DNA of 64,000 nt. Origin: Octopus vulgaris. Its lineage: Eukaryota. Each line of letters opens with the position of its first letter. Positions within the stretch are counted from its first letter, which is position 1. Position numbers and translations under genes: made by a program. The stretch covers positions 67,518,001-67,582,000 of the forward strand of contig OX597823.1 of the NCBI GenBank assembly GCA_951406725.2, read 5' to 3'. Shown one piece after another: positions 25,799 through 39,962 of the stretch. The notes beneath the pieces were generated by a model. It saw only the letters and a program-made list of their open reading frames with translations, did no database searches and was not told the origin of the DNA.

Positions 25799-26193
25799 TC
25801 TTTCTATATATATAAAGCTGAAGTTGTCTGTGTATGGCAGGTTTGGTAGCCTTCAACTAACACTATCTCCTCCGAGACCCTGCAGCACAAGTTGACCAAA
25901 ATTGAGAGTATGATAGAAGAAGGCTTGCTCTTCCTTGCGTAGAAGAAAAAATTGAAATCGGACCATGTTAAGACCAAACATTATTTACATCAAAAAGGTG
26001 CTTTATTTCTATGAAAATCCCTATTTTTTACGATTTTTTTTACTGCTGTGTCGCCATTTTTCGGTGTATTTCAACCAGAAAAATGTTCACTTAAAGAGAA
26101 TAACAAGCAACCTAATGCAAAATTTTTACTTTTCAAAAATTCCAATTCTAAAGGGTCAAAACAAACCCAAGCAATGCTGGGCGATATTGCTAG
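25799..26193 (+). mobile_element. Non-autonomous Helitron
   Basis: A|TC 5' end, subterminal hairpin cccaagcaatgctggg, CTAG|T 3' end. Second copy at 62912-63279. Confidence 0.85.
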
Positions 26194-27565
26194 TTTTCAT
26201 TTATAACCATGTTTAGAGATCTATAGAATTGCCTTCAGATGAAGATTAGTGGATTTTGTCAACATCTTTCAAGAATATCCTGCCAAAATTTTGTAATGTT
26301 GTGGAGATAGTGCAATATAATGTACCAGGTGCAGAGAAAACAGACCAGTTATAAAGTTGGTTAATGTGCATATAATGGAACCTGTGGGAGAGGCAGACCC
26401 AGGAAGACATAAGATGAAGTACTGAAGAATGACCTTAAGATGATGAACCTCTCAAATGAGATGACACAGGACTAAGATACTTGGTGCTTTGTTGTACTCA
26501 AGAAGACTTATCCTTCACAGCAGAAGTGTTAAGGCCATTTCCTCTGATGAAGAGGATTGGCCTGTAAGAGTTATGTACCTGTGCCATATAAAAAGCACTC
26601 ATGCTAGTGTTACATAGAGGCACTTGTGCCAGTGCCATGCTAAAAGCATCCAGCATACACTGTAAAGTGGTTGGCATTAGGAAGGGCATCCAGCCATAGA
26701 AGCCAAGCCAAATCAGACTGGAACCTGGTGCAGTTCCTCTGCTTGCCAGCTTTGATCAAACTGTTCAACCCATGCTAGAATGGACAACAAACATTAAAGG
26801 ATAACGGTGATGATGATGATGATGATGGCGATGGTGATGATATGTTAAAAATAGTTTAGTTCTTCACAGTTTTAAGGGAATCGATAAAGATTAAACATGC
26901 TCCACTTTAGAAGTGCATTAATGTACCTATATCTGTTAAATAAAACCCTGTTCTTCACTTTTCTTCATTTGATTTTTCATCCTATAAACATAATATTGTA
27001 CACATGGTACAGTATGATATATTTTAGGAATTTTAAATGGATTCATAAATACTAGCCAGACTTTGGCTATAGAAGTGTATAATTTGAAACTGTTAAATAC
27101 AATTTATTTCTTTACTTTCCATAGTTTATTTTTATATTTCAACTGTCTCCAGAAACAAAAAAAAAAATTTAGAAATCCAAGCCACTTCTAGCCCAAAGCT
27201 TGCTGGATATTTTATCTTGTACTATATTTACATTTCTCTTGTGTATATCTTGTGTATAGAGTTTTCACTGTTCAAGATCAACCATGCCTCTACAAATGTA
27301 TGCGCTGACTTGAGTAAGACATTTTCACGAAGTCTAACAATCACCCATGCATGTTAATCTCCTCTCTTCAAGCCAGAGTTGCTTATACAAGGGAAAAGCT
27401 AACATCACAAGCTGATATTTTATGACACCAGTGTCATTGAAGGCATTGCTATCAGAAAGAAAAGAGCTGGAATAGATACTATGAGGTAGGGCCTCCAAAC
27501 CACCAAGCTACAGGCCAGTACCAGCCCATGGATCATTTGGTATGGGGTCACACAGAAACAATAAA

Positions 27566-27603
<38 letters not shown>

Positions 27604-28170
27604 TTTAACATCCATATTCTATGCTGGCATAGGTTGGATGGTTTGACAGGAACTGGTAAGTCAGAAGATGGTGCCAAGCTCTACTGTCTGCTTTGGCATG
27701 GTTTCTATGGCTGGATGCCCTTCCTAACACCAACCACTTTACAGGGTGTATTGGGCGCTTTCCACATGGTACCAGCAACAATGAAATCACCAAATAACTT
27801 GCAGGACAAGACCCCTCAACTGGTGTAGGAGTAGTATTGAGGACAGAAAAAGGTGTCTTGCATTGGTTATTAAATCTTATTTCTATTCTATTAACTATTG
27901 CAGTCAGCAGGGTGATCATCCGGTTCGTAGAAAAACTGTCTGGCATGAAACCAGTCCATGGTGCAAAAAAGTAGTTTAAGGACAGATTCTGTAAGGTATT
28001 TTATCTGTCCAGCTAAAAGTTCTGTCAATCTTCCACTCTGGATTGATATTTCTATCTTTGCTAAAAGGTTAAAACGCAAAGCTGACCTCAGCAGGATTTG
28101 ATCTCAAAGAGCAGGGTGACTTTGATGGCATGCTCTGCTCCCATATTAATAATAAAAATAATTCCTTCTA

Positions 28171-28780
28171 TTGGATTGTCCAGAAAGTTTGTGCCGATTT
28201 TTAAAGGAAAGAAAAAGGTCAATAACTACTTGCCATTACATTTTTAATCAACCAAATATGAACCATTTTGTTGCATAATGCGTCGAAATTTTTGCCATTA
28301 AGACTATTCTGCAGAGACCTGAATAAGTGGAAATCCGAAGGAGCAATATCTGGTGAATATGGAGGGTGGGGTAACACATCCCAGCCGAGCTGCAGCAATT
28401 TTTGTCTGGTTCCCAAAGAAACATGCAGTCTTGCATTATCATGTTGGAAAACAACACCCTTCCTATTGGCCAATTCTGGATGTTACTCTTGAATTGCTGC
28501 TTTTAACTCGTCCAGTTGTGTGCAGTATTGCTCAGAATAAATTGTCTGATTACTTGGGAGAAGCTCATAGTACAGAATTCTTTTCCAATCCCACCAGACA
28601 CAAAGCAAGACTTCTTTAGGGTGAAGACCCACTTTTGGGGTGGCTAAGGGTGGCTCATGTCGCTTACTCCAGGATCGCTTTCTCTGAACATTTCGGTAGA
28701 TAATCCATTTCTCATCACCTATCACAATTTGCTTTAAAAAAGGTATGTTTTCATTCCATTTATAAAGCGAATCACAGATG
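28171..28780 (-). mobile_element. Mariner (DD34D-type) transposase pseudogene, 3' half with TIR
   Basis: Motifs FLKQIVIGDEKWIIY, HPKEVLLCVWWD, VVFQHDNARLH and HPPYSPDIAPSDFHLF, with a frameshift between the two ORFs. TA|TTGGATTGTCCAGAAAG terminus. Confidence 0.92.
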
Positions 28781-28990
28781 GAAATAGAAACAATAACAAT
28801 AATAATGATTTCAAATTTTGGCACAAGGCCAGCAAGATTGGAGAGGAGATAAGTTGATTACATCAATCCCAGTGTTCAACTGGTACTTATTTTATTGACA
28901 CCGGAAGAATTTGAGCTCAGAACATACAGATGGACAAACTGCTGATAAGCCTTTTGCCTGGCGTGCTAACAATTTTGCCAGCTTGCCACC

Positions 28991-29040
<50 letters not shown>

Positions 29041-30114
29041 CCTTTCTATTATAGGTACAAGGCTTGAAATTTGTGGGCGAGGAGCTAGTTGATCACATTG
29101 ACCCCAGTTGTTAACTGGTATTTATCTTAACTTTGAAAGGATGAAAAGCAAAATTGACCTCAGTGGAATCTGAACTCAAAACGTAAAAACTGGACGAAAT
29201 GCTGCTAAGCATTTAAACATTATAGCTGTAGTAAGTAACTGAATAGCTAAAGAGAAGAAAAAAAAAAGAAAACATAAGTTGGAATTTTTTGAGAACTTTT
29301 CTGAATAATTACTATTTATTTTGTTGTTGTTTACAATAAATGCACAATTTTTTTTAAAACTCCAGCTGTTAAAACAAACTCAATATATCAACTCAAATGG
29401 GTGTGGCATTTCAAAAACACCATGTAAATAACAAACGATACTAACCATACACAAATTTTGTTGACAATAAACTTGACAAGGAAAAAATATAATTTTCAAC
29501 ATGTATTTATAAAAATATAATTCTCAATATGCTAAGTAATGTTATTATACATATCTAGTAACTTTTTTTTTAAAAAAATATTATTTTGTTCTTAAAAAAA
29601 TCCTAAGAACTTTTATTACGAATGAAATTCAAAACAAATAATTTTTTTTTTTTTTGGTTTCAATTTAGATTTTGAACTGTAAACAGCTATCCGTATTTAT
29701 ATGTGGATGACTATTTTTTTCTTTGTTTTTTCATTGCTGGTGCTGTGTGTTTTTATTTCAAACCACTTGAGTTTTAAGTGGAAGATGCAAAGCTATGTTC
29801 TATATGCAAACTTCAGCTGCACCCAGAAAAAAAAAACTAGTGGAAATGCAAAAAAATGTCATCGTTCAGTACAAGGCCTGTAAACTCATTTCTCCAAATT
29901 TCAGCCTGGGTTAAATGCATGCAGCACACTATGTGAAGTGGTTGGTTACTAATATGGTTAAATGTACCCAATACACACAGACAATGTAGTGTTGAGAGGA
30001 TTCTTCAGTCTTGCCAAAGGCAAGTATGATCTGTAAACAGGTTTGTGTTAGGAGGGCTACTTAGCCATAGAAAACCAAAATGATGAAGTGAATACTAATT
30101 TAACAAATTCCTCA

Positions 30115-30121
<7 letters not shown>

Positions 30122-30150
<29 letters not shown>

Positions 30151-30335
30151 TGTGTACAGTGCTCAGGTGCACTACAACTCATCTAAAGTGTATATATAAT
30201 CAGGTGTAGTTTCGACGGATTTCGGGAAGCATGAGGGCCTTAAAGGATGCAGTGTCATGGCAGTCAACAACTGATGCAGGCAGGTTATTCCACGCTTCAG
30301 CAACCCTGAGCGTGAAAAAATGTTTCCGAAAGTCA
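30122..30335 (-). mobile_element. CR1-group LINE 3' end with (TTA)n tail
   Basis: Minus translation DFRKHFFTLRVAEAWNNLPASVVDCHDTASFK (FFxxRVxxxWNxLP motif). Confidence 0.8.
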
Positions 30336-30871
30336 TGTATATATGTATATATCCTTCTAATATGGAAGGATGTAGACATATGAGGAATTTGTATATATCC
30401 TTATATACAATTATGAGGATATATATTTGTATATAACTACTTTTTCTTAGACTGTGTCTGTGTGTGTGTCTATATGCTGTTCCTTCACTCATTGCCTGAC
30501 ACCAAGCCTAGAATATGCACTCATTCATATTAATTCTCTATATCTTCTTTATTTTTTCCCCTCCCTCTCTATATGTGATATAAAGTGTTACTAGAGAAAT
30601 CAATCAACTAACCAATCAACATTTGTATCATTATTATATAGAGACAGTTTTGATAGTGAACCATTTCATAAGTCCAGATGATACATTAATCAGTGTCCGG
30701 CTAATGTATCACACCCAGATCTGTGACACAGGCAAGCTCTTTGTAGAGCTTCACACAATCAAAATAAAATATGCACTTTTCATAATTGTGTATTGCGTCT
30801 ACATTTGAACTATGGTCCTCCCATATCTATACTGGGTATATGCCATATGTATCCATGTGTGAATGTGTGTG

Positions 30872-31142
30872 TGTTGTAAAGTGGGTTCTTCCCACTGGTG
30901 TGATGTGTGACTGCTGTTGTACTGTAGTTGCTGTTTTACGCTAGTAACCACAATAGTTACTAGTCATCGGATTCCGTTGTATCTCTTTGTACTGGAATAG
31001 AAATACACTAACTTCACAAGACAGACACTGACTAGAACTGTCGACTCTCAACCCTCTCTTGACGACCAGTTACTAGTCTATTTATAATGGCTGACTCCTA
31101 CCACTTTTTACCAGGAGGGGTATACAGTTTCACTATACAACA
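30872..31142. mobile_element. Probable solo LTR (about 270 bp)
   Basis: TGTTGTAAAGTG ... CACTATACAACA (TG...CA with 11/12 inverted match) and TATAAA on the minus strand. No TSD visible. Confidence 0.6.
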
Positions 31143-31555
31143 AAAAGGATAAATAAACAAAGCTTCTAACAATGTAGAAAGTTTTACATAAAACCTTTAT
31201 ATTCCAAGTGCAAAGGCCTATCTTCAAAAGGAAGCAATCCAAGAAATTTGTAGTTACATTGATCTTGTTATTTTATTTTAAACTGCTCCACATGTGGGTT
31301 AGCAGCAACTCTACAACTGTTAGTTGTGTTCAGTGTGATGTAAGGCATTTAGTATACTATTCGACCATTTTCTCATTCCACTATTCCCTTAGTGAAAATT
31401 ATGTGAATTTGTCTCTAGCTGTTTCATTTCTTTCTCATAACACTACCTTTCTTCAACTCTTCTCTTTTATAATCAAGAACTCGTTTACTTAGCATCAAAA
31501 CAATTATACTCAAATTTTTCATATGAATGGCAAGTAAAGATTTTACTACACTTAC

Positions 31556-31661
31556 CCTTTAAATGTAGCCTCAACTATAGCAATGTGACCCCTGACGACC
31601 ACACAGTCTTTCAGCATATCAATGTTTCCTGCATGAACGAAATCCTCTTCAAATACACATT
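31556..31661 (-). CDS. EGFR: EGFR-like exon, start of L2 (domain III)
   Basis: ttttcacAG ... GG|GTAAGT, 106 nt, phase 1/2. Reads ECVFEEDFVHAGNIDMLKDCVVVRGHIAIVEATFK(G). Confidence 0.93.
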
Positions 31662-32156
31662 CTGTGAAAATATATAAAATAAAGACTGGTTGAAAATTAT
31701 CAAAGATTGAGAAAGGCTGAATGACAAAATATAATGGTAAATAGCATGAGAGGAAATACAAAGTATGGCTGAAAAGTGTGAAAGAGTGAGGAATATCAAA
31801 TGACAAAATATATATGAATGAATACATATCTGCCTGCCTGTTTGTATGTGTGTACATGTATAATATATATATGTGAGGCTTGGACAGAAGACACTTTCCA
31901 ATGTACTCCGCTGTGGATATCAGGAATGGAAAGAGTGTGTGGTAAGAGGTCTGCTTCCCAACCACATGGGTCCAGGTTCAATGCACTGCATGACACCTTG
32001 AGCAAGTGTCTTCTTTTATAGCCTCAGGCCAACCAAGCATTGTGAATGGATTTGGTAGATAGGAACAGAAAGAAACCTGTTGTGTATGTGTGTGTGTGTG
32101 TGTGTAAATAAATAAATATATATATATATATATACACACACATACATATACAAGAG

Positions 32157-32318
32157 TTACAGAATGGAGTAGGTAAGATCTGGGCTCTCTATGTTTCATA
32201 GCAGGTAGAACTTCAGAAGTGGTAAAAATCCAAGCGAGGTGTATACTGCTGGCTACTCTTCGAGCCAAGGGTGAAACATATGTAGCCCAGATCTTACCTA
32301 CTCTATTCTTGTAATCTT
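32157..32318. repeat. Hairpin element with about 45-bp arms in a short EGFR-like intron
   Basis: gttacagaatggagtaggtaagatctgggctctctatgtttca ... tgaaacatatgtagcccagatcttacctactctattcttgtaat. Confidence 0.85.
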
Positions 32319-32501
32319 ATTCACACACCAGCAACCCTGGTTACCTACCATGAGATATATTTTTGGTGGTTTGTTGTGGTGTCACCCACAACCAACTGGA
32401 CTCAGAAGTGGAGCAAGATTATAACTTGCAAAATATAAACAATTTAAAACAAATTAAGGAAGAAAAGAGAATTGCAAAGATAGGAGTAAATATTCGGTTA
32501 C

Positions 32502-32618
32502 CTTTTGGACACTTTTTGCATGGCTCACAAATATTTGTGGAATATTGGTCAGTTTTGATGGATGATGTTCCTTCAGGGCATGATAAGACACATGTATCAC
32601 CATATCGAGAAGTGTAAG
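32502..32618 (-). CDS. EGFR: EGFR-like exon, end of domain II
   Basis: gttttacAG ... AAG|GTAACC, 117 nt, phase 1/1. Reads AYTSRYGDTCVLSCPEGTSSIKTDQYSTNICEPCKKCPK. Confidence 0.92.
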
Positions 32619-33059
32619 CTGTAAAACAACAAAAAAAAAAAACAAAAGCTGATTATTTATATTTGGCACATAAAAAGTGCCCAGTGCAATCTATTAAATG
32701 GTTGGCGATAGGAAGAGCATCCAGCTGTAGAAATCATGCTACAACAGACAGCTGGAGTCTGGACAGCTCTCTGCTAGCCAGCTCCATGTCAAATTGTCCA
32801 ACCGATGCCAGCATGGAAAGTAGATGTTAAACAATGTTGATGATGATGAGTAGAAATAGAATCACAGCAGGATATAAGACCTTAATTTGAAATCACATAG
32901 TTTTAACTTGTTACTAATTGATTAAATGATATTCTTGTATTTATCTTTTCATAAGCCTGTTTGACAAACTCATTGAGAAAGTTAAATTCTTAATCAATCT
33001 ATTCAATTCATAGAAACCAAAATGAACACTGAGGTGAGGCAACAAACCGGATTTTATGC

Positions 33060-33520
33060 CTATTCTTGCTTGAAGTCAGGAATGTTGGATAATGATTAAA
33101 AGGGTACAATCATGAATACGAGTAGCCCAAATAGGGTTTCTTTGAAGGATCTCTAGGGTAACATTACTCAACAAGGTATGTAGCTTGAAGATCAGGTAGT
33201 CTTTCCAGGTTGAGCCACTACTTCTCCACAAAAAGAGGTCACAGCTCTGGTACTATGGACATGTGATTAGAATGTCACAGGAAAGACTGGCAAGACAAAT
33301 TCCTCAAGCCATGCCAACTAGCAGAAACCCTAGGGATAGACTAAGAATGGGATGGTTGGATAATATACATAATCTCAGTAGGTCATGCTTGGGAGTCCAA
33401 CCAGAAAGTCTAATTATGATTGTTTCTGAGAGGATCCTATGGCGGAGGTACCTGAGGACCCTCTACTGCAATGATTTACACAGGAGTAGTGGACAGAAAA
33501 GATGGATGGATGAATGGATG
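33060..33520 (+). mobile_element. RTE-clade LINE 3' fragment
   Basis: Reads QLWYYGHVIRMSQERLARQI...RNPRDRLRMGWLDNI (WxGHVxRM...RxRGRPxxxWxD). A similar fragment lies at about 22330-22660. Confidence 0.75.
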
Positions 33521-35019
33521 GTGAAGTGATAACAAAGTCATGACATGGCTGTGTGGTTGTGAAGTTTACTTTACAACTTCATTGTTTCAGGTTTGATCCC
33601 ACTATGTGCAACATGTACCATTGCCTCTACATTGACCAAAGCTTTGCAAGTGAAATTTAGTAAATGGAAACCTATCTTGAGAGGTAAAACTTAAATTGCC
33701 ACCAGGTTTAAGACCACCACTTGGCTCTTTAGTGGACTTCATGGAGGTGCAAGCATTCAAGTTAGGTCTCCAGGTTGAGGATAAACTCTCCCTTCCTTTC
33801 ATCAGTCTTAGGACCTCTGTAAAGAGCCATGTACACTGCCCCTTGTCCTCTGACTATGCAATGAAGAAAAAGAAAACAATAATTTGATTCTGAATGTCAA
33901 ACATTCATTCATTCACAAGGACACGAAGTCACTCCAACTGGAGGAACCCTTCTCTTGACTGTGCTTACCACCATCTGTTTCATGCTCAAATTTATTTCAA
34001 GGATATACTTTACTCACCAAGCTAGGCCTATTGGTTGGTGAAGATGATTTTCAGGCACTTAGGTGGAATTTGACTCAGAACACAGAGAAGTGGAATAAAA
34101 TACCACAAGGCATCAGAGCTGAGATTCTTACAGTTTTACCAATCCACCACCCTGCCACTCTGAATTCATACTTGATTTATAAACTCCAAAAGTGTGAAAG
34201 GCAAAGTTTAGATCAGCAGAATTTAATCAAAGAACACAAAGAACTAGAACAAATACCACAAGATATTGTATCCAATATTCTTATGACCCAGATATTTCAA
34301 CATATGATTAAACAAGGTTTTTGCATTATTAAAAAAGTTTTCAAATGCTAAACGCTATTGTTATAGTAAAACCACTTAGATTTCTATACATCAGCTAATG
34401 TTCAGTGGAATATTATTTTCCAAGGACATAATGCAATACTCCTCACGGTTTGTGACTTCATACAATTAACCACTCAAAATTTTGTTTTTTAATTTTGTTG
34501 CAAAGAATGCTAAAAAATATTTGTTTTGAAATTTGACATTTAAATAAATTTCAGTGTCGTACTTCTCTAGCAAGGGATTTGATCTGATACTGAGTGTTGA
34601 AAGTGAAGCAACTACACCGTGCAAGAGCTATTTAACCGTTTAGCCTTTAACCTGGCCATATCCAGCCAAGATATTTCATCTGTTTTACATTCAAACTGAC
34701 CAAATCTGGCCATTCACACCAACCTTACAATATAATCCTAAAAATTAATGGTTACCTCATTGAAATTTCAAAACTACAAGATAAATGTAAGATTAATAAA
34801 TAGACATTACTTTTGACAGGATAATGCAAATGCTAAATTGTTGATAACATACAAAGTTGTTAAGTTCAAAGTTACAGGTATACAGATGTGTAATGAAAAT
34901 TTCAACAACTTACGAAATAAATTTAAAGTGAATAAAGAGTTTTGTGTGTTCTTAATTGGCTCTTCCATGATGTTATTACCATTTAAACAATATTACATGA
35001 AAAATGTTTTTGTCATTAC

Positions 35020-35158
35020 CTGGACATTTTCTAAGACAGATATCCTGAAAGGTTAACTTATTCTGGTCACCTGAGTGGATTCTCATTCTTTTGCGGTTGC
35101 TCCGAATAGATGGACAGTTCTCTACACATGCACCATCATCATTCATATGTCTACAGGC
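35020..35158 (-). CDS. EGFR: EGFR-like exon, domain II including the dimerization-arm position
   Basis: tttttcAG ... G|GTAATG, 139 nt, phase 0/1. Reads ACRHMNDDGACVENCPSIRSNRKRMRIHSGDQNKLTFQDICLRKCP. Confidence 0.92.
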
Positions 35159-35525
35159 CTGAAAAAATATAATAATAATTCTTTGAAACTCAGGAACAAA
35201 AGAACACATTCTGTGAATAGAGTCATAATTCAATTAAAGTGGTCCTTGTTGGTACTTTATTTTATTGATGTTGGAAAGGATGAAATACAAAAGTGGCCTA
35301 TGTGGAACTTGAACTCAAAACATAAGGTATTCAACTATTTACTGCAAGACATTTTGTCTTCTGTTTTCCATAGTACAAGAATAAAACTTAATATTAAACT
35401 TCAGGTGTTCAGCATCAAAGCTTGGATGGTGATGGCTCTATATTCTTTAATTTGCAAGAAAATGCAGCCCAACACCTTCAAGTCACACATTCTATCATCT
35501 TAAAAAAGACACGCTAATGATATAG

Positions 35526-35573
<48 letters not shown>

Positions 35574-36728
35574 CAGAAAACAGAGAATGATCACAGCTTG
35601 AAGCTCTTTGACCAGGAGTCTGTCTGATCAGGGCTAATCAACATTTGTTTCCACACATCTTTGTGTTGACACCATTTGGGCTGTGGTGATGTTTCTTTAT
35701 GTCCTGCATACACAGTGCATTCCTCAATTCAGCTGTTCAATAAGCAAAGTGCAGTGGAATAAAGAACCTTATTTGAAAACAAAAGCTGGCATGAGGAAGG
35801 TATCACACTATGAAATATTATCTCAAGAAGTCTTGTTCAACTCATATAGAAAGATGATCAACAAAAATTATACAAATAGAACCTGCCTGTGTCACAAGGC
35901 AAGTCACAGAAAAAAACTAGAAAGACTTATTTATCACCATGGTTTCATAGGGGAAACAAGTTGTAGCATAGCAGAAAGAACAGAGAAACCCCAGAAAGAT
36001 CATAAAAAAAGAATACACCATTGTTACTCAACCAACATGGAAATGAAAAACATGATAGCTTGATAAACAACATTAAAGTGAAAATTCTATCAATGCACCT
36101 GCTTGACTTTACATTAAGGTAAATTGAGGGAGCAATATACGTATTAGTTAAAGAATGAACTCCACAAAAAGAATGAGTGAAGTAACAACAACCCAATCTG
36201 ATATGGTTTCTTTGAAAGAAACGGTCAATAATCAGTGAAATGGATTCATCCTTTATCTGCACATCAAAAGTATAGAATGTATATGTTCACATTTTTGTTA
36301 TTTCCTCTTACAGCTAAGGCTATCAAATGACTGGATTTATTTCAGTTCTATTGATCCATGCTGTGTTATACATAAAATATATATTGTTTATTAACAGTGG
36401 ACCATCAGAAGCACAAGATATTCAGAATAAGTACCCATTACTTTAGGCTTATAAACATGCAAGCGTTTTTTTCCAAGTGTAGAAGATACATTGATAAAAC
36501 AAGTTACTGAATCATACTTCATACATATATATGGCTCAGCATTAGAATGTATACATACACATATATAAATCTGCATATGCATGAGTTTGTATATATGCAT
36601 GTTTAAACACACACATATATATGTGTGTTTGTGTGTATATGATATAGACATGTGCTTAAACATGCATACAAACAAATTCATGCAGATACAGATCTTTATT
36701 TCTATAGGTATACATTCAAATGCAAAGC

Positions 36729-36759
<31 letters not shown>

Positions 36760-37957
36760 CATCATCATCATTTAACATCCGTTTTCCATGCTAGCATGGG
36801 TTGGATGGTTTGACCGGGGTCTGGGTAGCTAGGAGGCTGCACCAGGATCCAGTCTGATCTGGCAGTGTTTCTACAGCTGGATGCTCTTCCTAACACCAAC
36901 CACTCCATGAGTGTAGTGGGTGCTTTTTACATATATATATAGTTAATCCAAACATGAACAAGCAAGAAAAAACAACAACATGAGGATGTGGAATAAGTAC
37001 AGTGCTATTGGACGCTCAGGAAAGGAAAGAAAAGAAAGAGGTTTTAACGTTTTGAGCAGAGCTCTTTGTCAGAAATATAGAAAAAGTCCAAAGAAAGGAA
37101 GACGAAGAAAGAAAATCACCAATGATACACATGCAGCCACATAATATATATATATATACACACACATATATATATATGTGGATATATGCATATGTGAATG
37201 TATTTTTCTATGTACCATTACATACACAAACACATATACTTTCTCATATGCACACACACACATACACACACCAAAAACACACATACACCTAAAACGTGTG
37301 AGTACTAACCAGTGTGAGAGCATCTACATGGTCCCTTGAAATGCTATAAACAACAACCAATCTTACCTCAAATCATACCCTTCATCTTAAAACAAAATAC
37401 ATGGTATAGTATAGTCTGAAAGATGGTATGATCATGAATGAAGTGTCTTTTGTCTAAAATCTACAGAGCTAGGGCTGACCTAGGTCTAAGCAATAAGAAC
37501 ATGTGTATACAAGAGTCTACATGTTCTTGGATATATACATCATCATCACTGTCACTGTAGTTTCAATGTCTACTTGTCCATGCTTGTATGGGATAGATAG
37601 GAGTATTTTGGGACAGAGTTTTCTACAGCCAGATGCATTTCCTGTCACTAACCCTACCTTGTTACCAATCAATATAATAATCTTCCAATCCACTGAAGAA
37701 CAACAACCTGAACATTTTTATGCATGGAACTGGTAACAAATGACACTGTATATGAAGTGAGCCTCTTTTTTTACAAAGATGTTGACATGTGAAAAAGTTC
37801 AGGACAAGCATTTGTAATGGACTACAGAGAAAATGATGCTGTCAGCAGCAAAGACTTTGTTTACAACCAATTAGCACATTTGAAAATAAGGAAAATACAA
37901 ACTTACTGACACGAACGCAAATGCACACAGACATGCATACATATGTGTGTGCGTGTG

Positions 37958-37990
<33 letters not shown>

Positions 37991-38009
37991 TCGTATCTAT
38001 GCATGTGTG

Positions 38010-38042
<33 letters not shown>

Positions 38043-38218
38043 GTGCAGGCATGGTTGTGTGGTAAGAAGCTTGCTTCCCAACCGCATTGTTCTTGGTTCA
38101 GTCCCACCATATGGCACCTCAGGCAAGTGTCTTCTACTATAGCCTTGAGCTTACAAAAGCTTTGTGAATGGATTTGGTAGGCAGAAACTAAAACAAGCCT
38201 GTTGTGTGTATATATGTG

Positions 38219-38264
<46 letters not shown>

Positions 38265-39173
38265 TTCCTCCGTCACCAGTGTTGGCATGTTTACATCCCT
38301 GTACTGAGCAATTCAGCAAAAGGAATGGATAGAATAAGTACTAGACTTAAGAAATAAGTCCTGGGGTTGATTTGTATGGCTAATACCCTTCAACGCAGAG
38401 CTCCAGCATAGCTGCAGTCAAATGACTGACACAAGTAAAAGAATGAATGAATGAATGAATGGATGGATGGGTAGATGGGTCCAATATATGTAGAATCAAC
38501 AAAAAAAAGGACTCCATCCAGTGAAAAATAAATATCAATTTAATACATAGGCACAGGAGTGGCTGTGTGGTAAGTAGCTTGCTAACCAATCACATGGTTT
38601 CAGGTTCAGTCCCACTGCGTGGCACCTTGGGCAAGTGTCTTCTGCTATAGCCCTGGGCCGACCAATGCCTTGTGAGTGGATTTGGTAGACGGAAACTGAA
38701 AGAAGCCTGTCGTATATATATAATTATATATATATATATGTATGTGTTTGTCCCCCTAGCATTGCTTGACAACCGATGCTGGTGTGTTTATGTCCCCGTC
38801 ACTTAGTGGTTCGGCAAAAGAAACCGATAGAATAAGTACTGGGCTTACAAAGAATAAGTCCCGGGGTCGATTTGCTCGACTAAAGGCGGTGCTCCAGCAT
38901 GGCCGCAGTCAAATGACTGAAACAAGTAAAAGAGTAAAAGAGTAAGAGTATACACCAAAAGAGTTACTAACAATTTCATGCTTTTATGATACTTCAGATA
39001 GACATATCTATAAAATACACCATATATTTCCAAGCAATCTTTTAGGCTTTGTTTATGCATTGCATATATTCTAAAAGCTAAGATGTTGGACAGTGAGAAA
39101 AGGAAAAACAAGAAGACAGAGAAGAATAAGGTTGATGCAAAAATGGAGTGAGAAGAAAGAAACAAAAATACAT

Positions 39174-39206
<33 letters not shown>

Positions 39207-39928
39207 TACATATATACATGCATATATATATATATATATATACATACATACATGCATATATATATACATACATATATACATGCATATATATATATACATA
39301 TATGCATACATATATATATATACACACATATATGCATACGCATACATATATACATATATGCATACATACATACATACATACATATATGCATACATACATA
39401 TTTATATATATATATATATATATGGTCACTGATTCTGTCCCCTGCCTTCCACCCTCTTTGATTCCCTCTCTCTCTGTCTCTCTTTCTCTCTCTCTCCTGC
39501 AACCTGCTGCTTCTTAACCATTCTGTTGGCGATCGTATCTCGACCAACATGTGTCCCCTCTACCGAAAAGGTAATTATTTCTACGCCAGCTGCTATGTTG
39601 TTGTTTTTGTCTCATTTGGTCTAAAGTCGTAAGACAACCACCGTTATATTTTGTTTATCCATTACGGTTTTCAATTTCGTTTTCGTCTCTTGTATTTACA
39701 TCCGTCTCTTGCGTCTACATTCTTGTCTTCTACCAAGAAATCTAATGCTTACAGCTTAGTTTTTTTCTTGGGGCTGGCCGAGTTGGAGCAAATATCAGAA
39801 TTGAACAACCGAAATTTGCTATGATGATTCGGTGTCTGACTGAAGATTGAAGGCTTCGAATGATTTGTCTGTGTTCCGTGTTCATCCCTTCCTGTATTTC
39901 ACGTTCTTTATATATAAAAACATTTATT

Positions 39929-39962
<34 letters not shown>

